64,000 bases of DNA, from NCBI RefSeq assembly GCF_055900595.2, contig NZ_JBVWEU010000002.1. One strand, given 5' to 3'. The translations under genes were made by a program, and so were the position numbers. Below, piece after piece: positions 10,413-23,336 of the stretch. A model generated the notes under the pieces. It was not told where the DNA came from. It worked only from the letters and a program-made list of their open reading frames with translations, and did not search any database. The stretch's first letter is position 1. The number at the start of each line of letters is the position of its first letter. Origin of the DNA: a plasmid.

Positions 10413-11018
10413 ATGTCCAATAAAGAACTCATTACAGAATTTCTGCTGGCGGCAGAACAAGGTAATTCCGATGGATTAAAATCATGCCTTGATAAAAAGG
10501 TTGATATTAATGCGACTAACCGCGAGGGGCGTACTGCAATTATTATTGCCAGTCTGAATAAACATTATGACTGCGTTTCTTTATTGATTTCCGCAGGTGC
10601 TGATATTAATAAACAAGATCAAACTTGTTTTAATCCCTTCCTGATTGGCTGCCTGAATAATGATTTAACACTGTTGCGTACGGTATTACCGGCTAACCCC
10701 GACCTTAATTGCCTAACCCGTTTTGGCGGTGTTGGTATTACACCTGCCTGCGAAAAAGGCCATGTCGAGATTGTACGTGAATTGCTGATGCGTACTGATA
10801 TCAATGTCAACCATACTAATTTTGTTGGCTGGACGCCGCTCCTAGAGGCCATCGTGCTGAATGACGGCGGTGAAAAGCAGCAGGAGATCGTCAAACTGTT
10901 GCTTGAGCATGGCGCAAACCCGCACATGACGGATAAATACGGTAAAACCCCGCTGGAGCTGGCGCGAGAAAAAGGCTACCACAAAATTGCCGAGTTGCTG
11001 ATTTCGGCTGGAGCCTGA
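10413..11018 (+). CDS. ankyrin-repeat protein (YahD-like)
   Basis: 201 aa with repeated ankyrin motifs (GRTAIIIASLNKHYDCVSLLISAGADIN; GWTPLLEAIV...LLLEHGANPH; GKTPLELAREKGYHKIAELLISAGA). Confidence 0.8.
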   Translation: MSNKELITEFLLAAEQGNSDGLKSCLDKKVDINATNREGRTAIIIASLNKHYDCVSLLISAGADINKQDQTCFNPFLIGCLNNDLTLLRTVLPANPDLNCLTRFGGVGITPACEKGHVEIVRELLMRTDINVNHTNFVGWTPLLEAIVLNDGGEKQQEIVKLLLEHGANPHMTDKYGKTPLELAREKGYHKIAELLISAGA

Positions 11019-11103
11019 CAACAGGAGCACGATTATCGCTATATTATCACGGCAATCTTTTCGGGCACTAACCGCAGACTGCGCGTTTCTCACTTTTCGG
11101 GGA

Positions 11104-11952
11104 ATGGGCCAGGTTGAACAGGTTTTTTCCCATGCGGTAAATCTGTTAATACCTGAACAGCAGCGACTGCTGACGTTACTGAGTGAGGATTGTGATAACG
11201 CACCTAACAGTTGTCGTTTAGCACTGACACATTATGAAGACCTTTTTCACCCCGGTGAACAGGTCAATTTTAGCGGGTCTGGAATAACTGTTGGAAATGA
11301 TAAATGGATAGAAATAACCGGTTGTCAGATGTGGCGAATACCACGGTGGACATCTGATTCAGCAAGCCTTGCCAAAGTCGGCTGGCAGCATTGGGAAGAG
11401 TTTATCCGCCAACAACTAAGAAGCAACGACACATTATTTCTGTACCAGGGTGACAATCCATTTTATCAGGAAATTTCTCGCCAATTACTCAACCGCCGAA
11501 AAAATTTGCTGAAGGCGTTGTGTACAGGAGAAAACATCACTGCGGCAGTCAACCAGTTAATTGGTCTTGGAATAGGGCTGACGCCATCATCGGATGATTA
11601 TTTAGTAGGTTTAAGCACTATTTTATTTATTCAAGGACATCCACTAAGGAAGTATAGATACGATTTCTTAGCAGCATTACAACTTGCAGGAAATAACATA
11701 ACGCTTCTCAGCAAAATAACGTTAGAGGAAGCATTTAATCAGCGTTATCGGGAAAGAGTCGGACGGCTACTGAACCAATTTATTACTGAGCCACAACCCA
11801 TTTCTACGCAATATGTTACTGACATAAAAAATATAGGCTCAAGTTCTGGATGCGACATGCTGTATGGCATGGCGGATGCCTGCGCCCTGAGCCACAGGTC
11901 CGGAGGTAATTATGTCAATCAGGATAGTTGTAAAAAAAAACACGTATTTTGA
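11104..11952 (+). CDS. YlbF/YahE-family protein (DUF2877-like)
   Basis: 282-aa ORF overlapping the downstream FdrA-family gene by 41 nt; position and size match yahE in the E. coli yah cluster as recalled. Confidence 0.6.
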   Translation: MGQVEQVFSHAVNLLIPEQQRLLTLLSEDCDNAPNSCRLALTHYEDLFHPGEQVNFSGSGITVGNDKWIEITGCQMWRIPRWTSDSASLAKVGWQHWEEFIRQQLRSNDTLFLYQGDNPFYQEISRQLLNRRKNLLKALCTGENITAAVNQLIGLGIGLTPSSDDYLVGLSTILFIQGHPLRKYRYDFLAALQLAGNNITLLSKITLEEAFNQRYRERVGRLLNQFITEPQPISTQYVTDIKNIGSSSGCDMLYGMADACALSHRSGGNYVNQDSCKKKHVF

Positions 11953-13459
11953 TTCTGTTTCACTGATGTCTATCTCCACGCGCGCAAATAAGCTTGATGG
12001 AGTTGAGCAGGCATTTGTTGCTATGGCGACAGAGATGAATAAGGGGGTGCTGAAGAATCTCGGTCTGCTGACCCCTGAGCTGGAAGAGGCGAAAAGTGGC
12101 GATCTGATGATTGTCATTAAAGGTACCAGCGAGGAGGCGAACGAGCGGACGCTAATAGCGATTGATGAGCTGTTTGCGCATAAAGAACAGGGAGGCCAGC
12201 ACGAAGCACGCTATGCCACGATTGCCAGTGCGAAGAAGCATGCTCCAGAGAGTAATCTGGCGGTGATCTCTGTCAATGGCCTGTTTGCTGCTCGTGAAGC
12301 TCGTCAGGCACTACAAAATAACCTCAATGTTATGCTGTTTTCTGACAACGTCTCTCTTGAGGACGAGCTGGAACTCAAGCATCTGGCACATGAAAAAGGG
12401 TTGTTGATGATGGGGCCTGATTGTGGAACCGCCATCATTAACGGCGCAGCGTTGTGTTTTGGCAATGCAGTGCGTCGCGGCAACATCGGAATCATTGGTG
12501 CCTCCGGTACGGGTAGCCAGGAGCTGAGCGTACGCATTCACGAATTTGGCGGCGGGATTTCCCAGCTGATTGGGACAGGTGGACGCGATATGAGTGAAAA
12601 AATTGGCGGCCTGATGATGCTTGACGCGATTAGCATGCTGGAGGCCGATCCACAAACTGAGATCATTACGCTTATATCCAAACCTCCTGCACCAGCGGTA
12701 GCCCGTAAGGTGCTGGAACGTGCGCGCACCTGTCACAAGCCTGTGGTGGTGTGTTTCCTCGGACGTGAGTCCACCCCTGCGGATGAAGAAGGCCTACAGT
12801 TTGCCCGCGGTACTAAAGAGGCTGCCTTGAAAGCGGTACTGTTGACTGGTGTGAAAAAAGAGAGTCTGGATTTGCATCCGCTCAACTGGCAGCTGATTGA
12901 AGAGGTTCGCTCCCGTCTGACTCCACAACAAAAGTATATCCGTGGCCTGTTCTGTGGTGGCACGTTATGCGATGAAGCGATGTTTACTGCCATGGAAAAA
13001 CTCTCGGATGTGTATAGCAATATTCACCCGAATCCGGCGTTCCGCCTTACAGATCTCAACCGTAGCGTGGCGCATACCTTCCTCGATTTCGGCGATGATT
13101 ATTTTACCAACGGCAAACCACATCCGATGATCGATCCCACCAATCGCATTACCCGGCTCTTGCAGGAAGCACAGGATCCTGAAGTTGGCGTGATCGTGAT
13201 GGACTTCATTCTTGGATTTGGATCACATGAAGATCCGGTTGGAGTGATGCTGGATACAATTGTTGAAGCCAAAGAAATTGCTGCCGCAGACGGTCGCCCG
13301 CTTGAGATCCTCGGCTATGTGCTGGGAACCGACCTTGATACACCGTCGCTGAAAAAACAGTGTCAGATGTTGACCGATGCCGGGGTTATTTGGGCAAGCA
13401 GTAGCACCAACACCGGATTACTGGCACGTGAATTTATATTTAAAGGGGAGGAAGGCTGA
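11912..13459 (+). CDS. FdrA-family protein (YahF-like)
   Basis: 515 aa with CoA-ligase-like glycine-rich motifs (MMGPDCGTAIINGA, GNIGIIGASGTGSQE); length equals E. coli YahF as recalled. Confidence 0.75.
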   Translation: MSIRIVVKKNTYFDSVSLMSISTRANKLDGVEQAFVAMATEMNKGVLKNLGLLTPELEEAKSGDLMIVIKGTSEEANERTLIAIDELFAHKEQGGQHEARYATIASAKKHAPESNLAVISVNGLFAAREARQALQNNLNVMLFSDNVSLEDELELKHLAHEKGLLMMGPDCGTAIINGAALCFGNAVRRGNIGIIGASGTGSQELSVRIHEFGGGISQLIGTGGRDMSEKIGGLMMLDAISMLEADPQTEIITLISKPPAPAVARKVLERARTCHKPVVVCFLGRESTPADEEGLQFARGTKEAALKAVLLTGVKKESLDLHPLNWQLIEEVRSRLTPQQKYIRGLFCGGTLCDEAMFTAMEKLSDVYSNIHPNPAFRLTDLNRSVAHTFLDFGDDYFTNGKPHPMIDPTNRITRLLQEAQDPEVGVIVMDFILGFGSHEDPVGVMLDTIVEAKEIAAADGRPLEILGYVLGTDLDTPSLKKQCQMLTDAGVIWASSSTNTGLLAREFIFKGEEG

Positions 13460-14877
13460 TGAGCCAGACACTGTTTAATCAGCCGCTGAACGTTATTAAT
13501 GTCGGTATCGAAATGTTCAGCGATGACATGAAAAAGCAGAATGTACCGGTAACCCAACTTGACTGGACACCGCCAGGCCAAGGAAACATACAAGTGGTAA
13601 CGGCACTGGACGACATTGCCGCTTCACCACTGGCAGACAAAATTGCAGCTGCTAATCAGCTGGCGCTGGAACGCATTATCCAGTCGCATCCTGTGCTAAT
13701 TGGCTATGATCAGGCGATCAACGTCGTGCCGGGTATGACCCGTAACACTATCCTTCACGCCGGGCCGCCAATCCACTGGGAAAAAATGTGCGGCGCAATG
13801 AAGGGCGCAGTAACCGGGGCTCTGGTATTTGAAGGACTGGCGAAAGATCTGGATGATGCCGCCGAACTAGCTGCTTCAGGTGAAATCATCTTCTCTCCGT
13901 GCCACGAACATGACTGTGTCGGCTCAATGGCGGGTGTCACGTCTGCATCGATGTTTATGCACATCGTCGAGAACAAAACCTATGGAAACCGCGCATATAC
14001 CAATATGAGCGAGCAGATGGCAAAGATCCTGCGTATGGGCGCTAACGACCAGAGCGTTATAGAGCGTCTTAACTGGATGCGAGATGTACTGGGACCTATG
14101 TTGCGCGATGCTATGAAGCTGGCGGGCGAAATCGATCTGCACTTGATGTTAGCGCAGGCGCTGCATATGGGCGATGAGTGCCATAACCGCAACAACGCCG
14201 GGACGGCGCTGCTGATTCAGACGCTGACGCCGTGGATTATTCAGACTGGCTACCCTGTTGAGCAGCAGCGTGAGGTGTTCGAGTTTGTCCTCAGTAGTGA
14301 TTACTTCTCAGGACCAACATGGATGGCAATGTGTAAAGCCGCAATGGACGCTGCGCACGGCATTGAATACAGCACCGTGGTGACAACGATGGCACGCAAT
14401 GGTGTTGAGTTCGGTCTTCGTATTAGCGGTTTGCCGGGCCAGTGGTTTACCGGTCCGGCGCAGCAGGTGATTGGGCCGATGTTTGCGGGCTATAAGCTAG
14501 AGGATTCCGGACGTGATATCGGTGATAGTGCAATTACCGAAACCTACGGCGTTGGCGGTTTCGCTATGGCGACGGCACCAGCTATTGTGTCACTGGTGGG
14601 CGGAACAGTTGAGGAAGCTATTGATTTCTCACGTAAAATGAGAGAAATCACTCTCGGAGAAAACCCCAACGTCACCATTCCCCTGCTTGGTTTTATGGGC
14701 GTACCGACCGCTATCGATATTACACGTGTAGGCAGTACAGGCATTCTGCCGGTAATTAACACAGCCATTGCGCACAAAGACGCAGGGATCGGCATGATCG
14801 GCGCAGGAATTGTTCACCCGCCGTTCACTTGTTTTGAAAAGGCGATCCTCAACTGGCGTGACCACTACTGCCAATAA
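13459..14877 (+). CDS. YlbE/YahG-family protein (DUF1116-like)
   Basis: 472 aa; start codon overlaps the upstream stop (ATGA); length equals E. coli YahG as recalled. Confidence 0.7.
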   Translation: MSQTLFNQPLNVINVGIEMFSDDMKKQNVPVTQLDWTPPGQGNIQVVTALDDIAASPLADKIAAANQLALERIIQSHPVLIGYDQAINVVPGMTRNTILHAGPPIHWEKMCGAMKGAVTGALVFEGLAKDLDDAAELAASGEIIFSPCHEHDCVGSMAGVTSASMFMHIVENKTYGNRAYTNMSEQMAKILRMGANDQSVIERLNWMRDVLGPMLRDAMKLAGEIDLHLMLAQALHMGDECHNRNNAGTALLIQTLTPWIIQTGYPVEQQREVFEFVLSSDYFSGPTWMAMCKAAMDAAHGIEYSTVVTTMARNGVEFGLRISGLPGQWFTGPAQQVIGPMFAGYKLEDSGRDIGDSAITETYGVGGFAMATAPAIVSLVGGTVEEAIDFSRKMREITLGENPNVTIPLLGFMGVPTAIDITRVGSTGILPVINTAIAHKDAGIGMIGAGIVHPPFTCFEKAILNWRDHYCQ

Positions 14878-14989
14878 CAATAACCGGGGCTAACGCAGTT
14901 AGCCCCACAGTAGCGGAAAACGTTGTTTACCTTCAGGGCTGGGCGATCTCCATGATCGCAAACGATGCTTAACCTGTTAAGGAGATTCC

Positions 14990-16540
14990 ATGAACAGCAT
15001 AAAACTAGAATGGAAACGTGGTGACTGGGCGGCTTACTTTGGACTGATGACCAACAATCTGACTAACCTGCTGACAATGATGGGTCTGCTAATTTTTGTC
15101 GTCGGAATCCCTACTGAAATTGTCTATGGACGCATTGCGCCTGCCTTTGGTCTTGCAGTGCTGGCGGCCAGTGTCTGCTACTCCTGGTTTGGTCTACAGA
15201 TGGTGAAGAAAACCGGTCGTAGCGATGTAACGGCGCTGCCGTCTGGACCGAGCGCACCCTCAATCTTTACCGTGACATTCCTGGTGCTGATGCCGGTTTA
15301 TCAGCAAACCAAAGATGCCAACTTTGCTATTCAGATAGGATTGGTGTGGTGCTTTGTCGAAGCGTTGATCCTGGTCGGTGGCTCCTTCCTGGGTGAGACT
15401 ATCCGCAAGATGATCCCGCGTACAGTGCTGCTTTCTTGTCTGTCCGGACTGGGGTTATTACTGCTGGCAATGAACCCGATGCTGCAAGCGTTCGAAGCGC
15501 CGACAGTTTCTTTCATCGTCCTGTTATTGATCTTCATTAACTGGTTCGGTAAGAAGCCGATTTTTCCCCATATTCCTACCGGTTTGCTGTTGCTGATTGC
15601 TGGTACGTCCCTAGCGTGGATATCCGGTTTACAAAGCCCGGAAGACATTAAAGCGTCGATGTCTTCCTTCGGCTTCAACCCGCCGGAAATTCATGTAAGG
15701 AGCTTCCTGCAAGGTTTGCCGCACGCTCTGCCATATCTGGCTTCTGCAGTTCCTTTGGGCCTGGCTAACTACATTTTTGACCTCGAGAACATTGAAAGTG
15801 CGCACGCGGCTGGTGATGAATACAACACCCGTAAGGTCATGATGGCGAACGGCTTTGCCTCCATGCTCGGTTGCATGCTGGGTAATCCGTTCCCGGTAAC
15901 CGTATATGTTGGGCATGCAGGCTGGAAAGCTATGGGCGCTAGTATCTGCTATACCCTCGCATCAGGCATCACTATGTTCCTGGTGCCATTGTTTGGGTTG
16001 GGCGCGTTTATGCTCGCCATTATTCCCATGACTGCTATAGTGCCAATTCTGGTTTTTATCGGTGTGGTAACCGCCAATCAGGTGGTGCGAGAAACTCCTA
16101 AAGTCGAGGTTCCCGTCATTTTCATCTGTCTGTTCCCATGGGTCGCCAACTGGGCATTGACCATCGTTAACAGCGTGATGGGCGCAGCCGGAACATCCGC
16201 TGAGAAACTTGGTAGCGACCTGTTGCACAGCAAAGGCGTCTATTACGATGGACTGATGCATCTGGGAAGCGGTGCACCGCTGGCCAGCATGCTGTGGGGA
16301 TGCATTGCTATCTTTGCCATTATGAATAAGCCGCTGCGCGGGGCGATAGCTGCATCCTTTGGAGCACTGTTATCGCTGTTTGGCGTGATTCACTCCCCAG
16401 CGGTTGGCTTTGCGGAAGGCAGCTCGATTGTGTTTGTTGTGGCCTACCTGATGATGCTTGCTATGTTTGCCCTCAAGCATGTTATTGATAGCCGTGAAAC
16501 AGTGGCTGCGTCTGAGCAGGAAGAGACTAAAACGACCTGA
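14990..16540 (+). CDS. polytopic membrane permease (possibly NCS2/AzgA-like)
   Basis: 516 aa with many hydrophobic segments; sits between yahG-like and carbamate kinase genes; family assignment tentative. Confidence 0.6.
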   Translation: MNSIKLEWKRGDWAAYFGLMTNNLTNLLTMMGLLIFVVGIPTEIVYGRIAPAFGLAVLAASVCYSWFGLQMVKKTGRSDVTALPSGPSAPSIFTVTFLVLMPVYQQTKDANFAIQIGLVWCFVEALILVGGSFLGETIRKMIPRTVLLSCLSGLGLLLLAMNPMLQAFEAPTVSFIVLLLIFINWFGKKPIFPHIPTGLLLLIAGTSLAWISGLQSPEDIKASMSSFGFNPPEIHVRSFLQGLPHALPYLASAVPLGLANYIFDLENIESAHAAGDEYNTRKVMMANGFASMLGCMLGNPFPVTVYVGHAGWKAMGASICYTLASGITMFLVPLFGLGAFMLAIIPMTAIVPILVFIGVVTANQVVRETPKVEVPVIFICLFPWVANWALTIVNSVMGAAGTSAEKLGSDLLHSKGVYYDGLMHLGSGAPLASMLWGCIAIFAIMNKPLRGAIAASFGALLSLFGVIHSPAVGFAEGSSIVFVVAYLMMLAMFALKHVIDSRETVAASEQEETKTT

Positions 16541-16566
16541 ATAGCCTGCAAACGGAAGATAATTCT

Positions 16567-17529
16567 ATGAAAGAACTTGTGGTCGTTGCCATTGGTGGCA
16601 ACAGCATTATCAAAGATAACGCCAGCCAGTCGATTGAGCATCAGGCGGAGGCGGTGAAGGCCGTCGCCGATACGGTTCTGGAAATGCTGGCTTCCGATTA
16701 CGACATTGTGCTGACCCACGGCAACGGGCCGCAGGTCGGTCTGGATTTACGCCGCGCGGAGATAGCCCACGAGCGCGAAGGGCTACCCTTAACGCCGCTG
16801 GCGAACTGTGTGGCGGATACGCAAGGCGGCATTGGCTATCTGATCCAGCAGGCGCTGAACAACCGGCTGGCGCCTCACGGCGAGAAAAAAGCCGTCACCG
16901 TGGTGACTCAGGTGGAAGTGGATAAAAACGATCCGGGGTTTGTCCATCCCACCAAGCCCATCGGTGCATTCTTTAGTGAAAACCAGCGTGATGAACTACA
17001 AAAGGCAAACCCTGACTGGCGTTTTGTTGAAGATGCCGGACGGGGCTATCGCCGCGTGGTCGCCTCGCCGGAACCGAAACGTATTGTCGAAGCACCTGCC
17101 ATTAAGACTCTGATCCAGCAAGGCTTTGTGGTGATTGGCGCGGGCGGCGGTGGCATTCCGGTGGTGCGTACTGACGCAGGGGATTACCAAAGCGTGGACG
17201 CGGTTATCGACAAAGATCTCTCTAGCGCGCTACTGGCTCGCGAAATTCACGCCGACATTCTGGTGATCACCACCGGCGTGGAAAAAGTGAGTATTCATTT
17301 TGGGAAACCCAACCAGCATGCACTGGATACAGTGGATGTCCTAACGATGGCCCGTTACATGCAGGAGGGTCACTTCCCGCCTGGGAGTATGTTACCGAAG
17401 ATTCTTGCCAGTCTGGAGTTCCTGGAACGTGGAGGTAAAAGAGTGATTATCACCACGCCTGAATGCCTGTCCGCGGCACTGCGTGGCGAAACAGGCACCC
17501 ATATTATCCACTCCCAAGAGGAGACGTAA
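16567..17529 (+). CDS. carbamate kinase (ArcC/YahI-like)
   Basis: 320 aa; N-terminal motif VVVAIGGNSI and HGNGPQVG typical of carbamate kinase. Confidence 0.85.
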   Translation: MKELVVVAIGGNSIIKDNASQSIEHQAEAVKAVADTVLEMLASDYDIVLTHGNGPQVGLDLRRAEIAHEREGLPLTPLANCVADTQGGIGYLIQQALNNRLAPHGEKKAVTVVTQVEVDKNDPGFVHPTKPIGAFFSENQRDELQKANPDWRFVEDAGRGYRRVVASPEPKRIVEAPAIKTLIQQGFVVIGAGGGGIPVVRTDAGDYQSVDAVIDKDLSSALLAREIHADILVITTGVEKVSIHFGKPNQHALDTVDVLTMARYMQEGHFPPGSMLPKILASLEFLERGGKRVIITTPECLSAALRGETGTHIIHSQEET

Positions 17530-18316
17530 ATTAAGGAAAGCGACCGCCGCCGTGAATTTTTAATGTTCATTGCAGATTATCGTGGGCTGGAAATGATAAC
17601 GGTTGGGGAGTTATTGTTTAGTTGCTAAAACAGAACGATAACCAACCCCAACCGTTCTCAATTTCGAATACTATCTTTTCCATTTATCTCTGGATAGGCT
17701 TTGACGTCGTCCCTACTGAGTAAAATCCCCCTCATCATCCACCTAAAACCGATTGAAAACGGTCATTACTCTTGTGGCAAACAGGCTAAAGCCGTTCACG
17801 ATGCTTCACTTCGCACCTTATCGTAATGAACAATACTGGTATTTCCAGTTCAGTTACGCCTACCCGTCTACCGCATTCTTTGCCCTAACTACGGCATAGT
17901 TCGGGATTATATCAGCTGGCTAAAGCCTTATGCTCATCAGACCACATGACTCATTGAGCATGTTGAGGCGTTACTCAAAATCTTGCCGATTAAACATATT
18001 TCGTAATTTCTTACCCTGCACTAGCATATCATCAATACTATCGACAAACGTCAGTTGCAAATAGAGGTCACAGGGTCTGATTGATGTACTGCCAAGGCCG
18101 GGTCATGAAAGAGTTTGCCCTGTTCAAAGCTCATCGTTACGCACCGTCGTAGCCGATGCGGATACTCATCAATCCTCTGGATAGGTGAGGTGCGTAGTAG
18201 AGAAGCTCGGTCGTTTTTCGTTAATCTGAATCAGTACTGTCAACATATTCAAGTCGTTAATATGGATATGAATACCTCCTTTGACCTAGAGGTACAGATG
18301 CACTACCCCCCAAGCT

Positions 18317-18338
18317 GTCAACGACGGATGAAAAGTGG
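18317..18338 (+). repeat. orphan 22-bp copy of the IS100 left terminal repeat
   Basis: tgtcaacgacggatgaaaagtg is identical to the first 22 bp of the IS100 copy at 20039; flanking sequence is unrelated. Confidence 0.45.
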
Positions 18339-18626
18339 CTCTTCCGCAACCTGGATGGAGATTTTCATGCCAGTGGACTCATGACCCTCTGCCTGAGTAG
18401 TTCAAATCCGGCTCGACCATACATCTGGCCTTTCAGCATTTTTAGCCAATTTACATGACTTTCGACACCCCCCATTATTCCAGCGACTGCTGATTGCCTC
18501 ACATATAGCCGCAGCATCAGCTGCCATCCTTGCAGCCACGCGCCGAAGTTACCACTTTCTCGTTGCTCTTTTAACCACTCCCTCCATGGGTCCAGAAGTC
18601 CTCACTCTGGAGGCCGGGTTGACATT

Positions 18627-19439
18627 TCAGGGAATGTTCCTGAACACACCCAGAGACTGTCTGTCACACGTGATAAGCCTGTAATACGGGATAAGCCTGT
18701 AATACGGGATATTTCCCCTGAACCCACATCCCTTGTTATGTAGTGCCATAACCTCTGTCCAACGCTGATGCCGTTTTTGGCGGGTTTGCTGTTTAAGGCG
18801 TTCCGGACGACGGAGCGATGCTACAGGCACAGACAGTACTGGCTTAGGTGATTTCTTTGGTGACAACCCACTGGCAACAAGACGTATCAGAGGCATCTGT
18901 CTGTACATCATTCGTTCAGGCGCATCGCCAATATTTTTTAGCCGGTGCCATCGAGCTGCTATCTGTCTGGCCTGAGGTGCACCTTCACGTGATGCTGTCG
19001 CATAGACTCCGCCACGGTCACATGAGACAACCTGTATTTCCGGATATTTTCTGAACCAGGTCGCCAGCGTACTCTGCTCGCAACCGGGAAGCAGGACGAG
19101 GGGACGGTGAGTATAAAGATTGACGATTAACGTACCGTAATGGTAGCCCCGATGCCACGCCCACTCATCAATACCGACATGAGGCGCGCCTGACTGTTTC
19201 GTCTCCGGGGTATTAATAACCCTGCGAAGAAGAGTATCAGCACTGCAACGGAGCCCCACTGCCGTTGCTGCCTGTTTCCCGGCCTCACCTCCGGCTATTA
19301 ATCCCAGTTGATGTTGTAAATTTTGTAACACCTGTGAAGAATGCTGGGAGTGAACCGGCGAAGGGGGCAAGCGACCCGGCAAAAATTTTACGTGAACAAG
19401 CCGGGTTACGGCAGTACCAGTGGCGGACGGAAAATACAA
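18627..19439 (-). pseudogene. ISL3-family transposase, truncated/frameshifted
   Basis: motifs HVGIDEWAWHRGYHYGTLIVNL, DRGGVYA and ARWHRLKN; N-terminal region out of frame and cut by IS1 at 19631; contains an 18-bp tandem duplication at 18672-18707. Confidence 0.6.
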
Positions 19440-19685
19440 GCCATAGCGTCTGCCCTGAGCAGGGTAGATGCTGTATCCGGCGCCGACGATAACTATGAAC
19501 AGAGTCGCTACGCTTAAAGCATTCAGGACTTGTGCTGTTTTGCGTTTTCCGTGGAGATGGAGGGTTATACCGTCAGAGCTAATAATTTGTCGACTGCATC
19601 TCCATCCGCAAGGTAACTGTAGAAGTGTCTGGTGATGCTGCCAACTTACTGATTTAGTGTATGATGGTGTTTTTGAGGTGCTCCA

Positions 19686-21992
<2,307 letters not shown>

Positions 21993-22342
21993 CTAAATCG
22001 CGCCAGCGCTGGCTGTTTTACGCGTATGACAGTCTCCGGAAGACGGTTGTTGCGCACGTATTCGGTGAACGCACTATGGCGACGCTGGGGCGTCTTATGA
22101 GCCTGCTGTCACCCTTTGACGTGGTGATATGGATGACGGATGGCTGGCCGCTGTATGAATCCCGCCTGAAGGGAAAGCTGCACGTAATCAGCAAGCGATA
22201 TACGCAGCGAATTGAGCGGCATAACCTGAATCTGAGGCAGCACCTGGCACGGCTGGGACGGAAGTCGCTGTCGTTTTCAAAATCGGTGGAGCTGCATGAC
22301 AAAGTCATCGGGCATTATCTGAACATAAAACACTATCAATAA
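21993..22342 (+). pseudogene. insB: IS1 InsB, C-terminal part (split by IS100)
   Basis: resumes in frame with [15 protein letters not shown]... immediately after the IS100 right end. Confidence 0.85.
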
Positions 22343-22357
22343 GTTGGAGTCATTACC

Positions 22358-22366
22358 TCCTGCATG
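22358..22366. repeat. 9-bp target-site duplication tcctgcatg (right copy)
   Basis: immediately follows the IS1 IRR end at 22357; identical to 7341-7349. Confidence 0.7.
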
Positions 22367-22678
22367 ATGAGGTAACATGAGGCCTTTACCAATCCGCGCG
22401 CCCAGGCCGATATCACATCCATACCGTTCCATAAGTGCATTTTTTATCTTTATCGCACATTTCCTTTGTTTTTGGTTTCCAGAGATAAACATCTCATTGG
22501 CCAGGCGCCACCACATCAGAAAGCCTCGTTGTCTCTGCAACCCGTTTCTTATCAGGCGGTGTAAGACAAACTTATCCCGCATGATGACTTCGGCTTTCCA
22601 GTATTCTGACAGATTACGACTTTTACCTGACAATAAAAAGGTGGCAATATGAAAATAAGCTAATGGATTTTTCATCAT
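22358..22678 (-). pseudogene. hexapeptide-repeat acetyltransferase (CysE/WcaB-like), N-terminal half
   Basis: ORF MMKNPLAYFH...GCDIGLGARIGKGLMLPHHAG runs into the IS1 end; joins in frame with the fragment at 7071-7349 through the shared 9-bp repeat (HAG codons). Confidence 0.6.
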
Positions 22679-22781
22679 AAAAACGACCTTAAAGAATAAA
22701 GAAAATATTCTGTATTGTGGAATAAAATAACATAACTATCAGAAATACTTTTAAAGTAATATCAGTCAGCTTTAAAGATAA

Positions 22782-23069
22782 CTATCTCATTCTCTCACTG
22801 GCGAGATTATAAACGTTACTACGTTCACGTTTACCTACCGCGACAACCGCAATAATTAGCATGTCATCAATAACCTGATAGACCAGACGAAACCCCGATG
22901 CGCGAAGTTTGATTTTGTAGCAGTCTTTTAATCCACGCAGTTTTGCGGAAGGAATATGAGGATTTTCGCTGCATTTCTTTAGTTTTTTCGCAAACTGCTG
23001 TTGAATGGATTTATCCAGTTTCAGCCATTCTTTGAGCGCATCATCCCTGAATTTTACTGTATAAGTCAT
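22782..23069 (-). CDS. RelE/ParE-family toxin
   Basis: 95 aa, overlaps the upstream antitoxin gene by 4 nt; plasmid addiction-module context. Confidence 0.75.
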   Translation of the reverse strand: MTYTVKFRDDALKEWLKLDKSIQQQFAKKLKKCSENPHIPSAKLRGLKDCYKIKLRASGFRLVYQVIDDMLIIAVVAVGKRERSNVYNLASERMR

Positions 23070-23317
23070 AAATAACTGTCCAGGTCCACATCATGCAGTG
23101 GCTGATTGCTGCGTTCAGTAACCAGTTTCACCAGTTCCTGGTCATCCAGCGCATCAAGCATCCTTTCATAGAGTTCCGCAGGCACACAGTAGAATGCCGG
23201 CTGATTCCGGTTAAGAATGGCGACAGGATAACCATCTCCGGCACTGACTGTAGCCATAGGATTTTTTTTCAGTTCACTGACACTTGCACTGGTGTCAGAC
23301 AGAATGATGTTAGGCAT
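23066..23317 (-). CDS. antitoxin (RelB/StbD, Phd/YefM-like)
   Basis: 83 aa, immediately upstream of and overlapping the RelE-like gene. Confidence 0.7.
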   Translation of the reverse strand: MPNIILSDTSASVSELKKNPMATVSAGDGYPVAILNRNQPAFYCVPAELYERMLDALDDQELVKLVTERSNQPLHDVDLDSYL

Positions 23318-23336
23318 AACGTACCTTTGAGACTGT

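Noticed and set aside
18115-18384. 89-aa plus-strand ORF
   Set aside because: It spans the orphan IS100 terminal repeat and IS-scar DNA and has no coding features.
22377-22652. 91-aa plus-strand ORF next to IS1
   Set aside because: It is antisense to the N-terminal acetyltransferase fragment, whose frame is supported by in-frame continuity with the C-terminal fragment.
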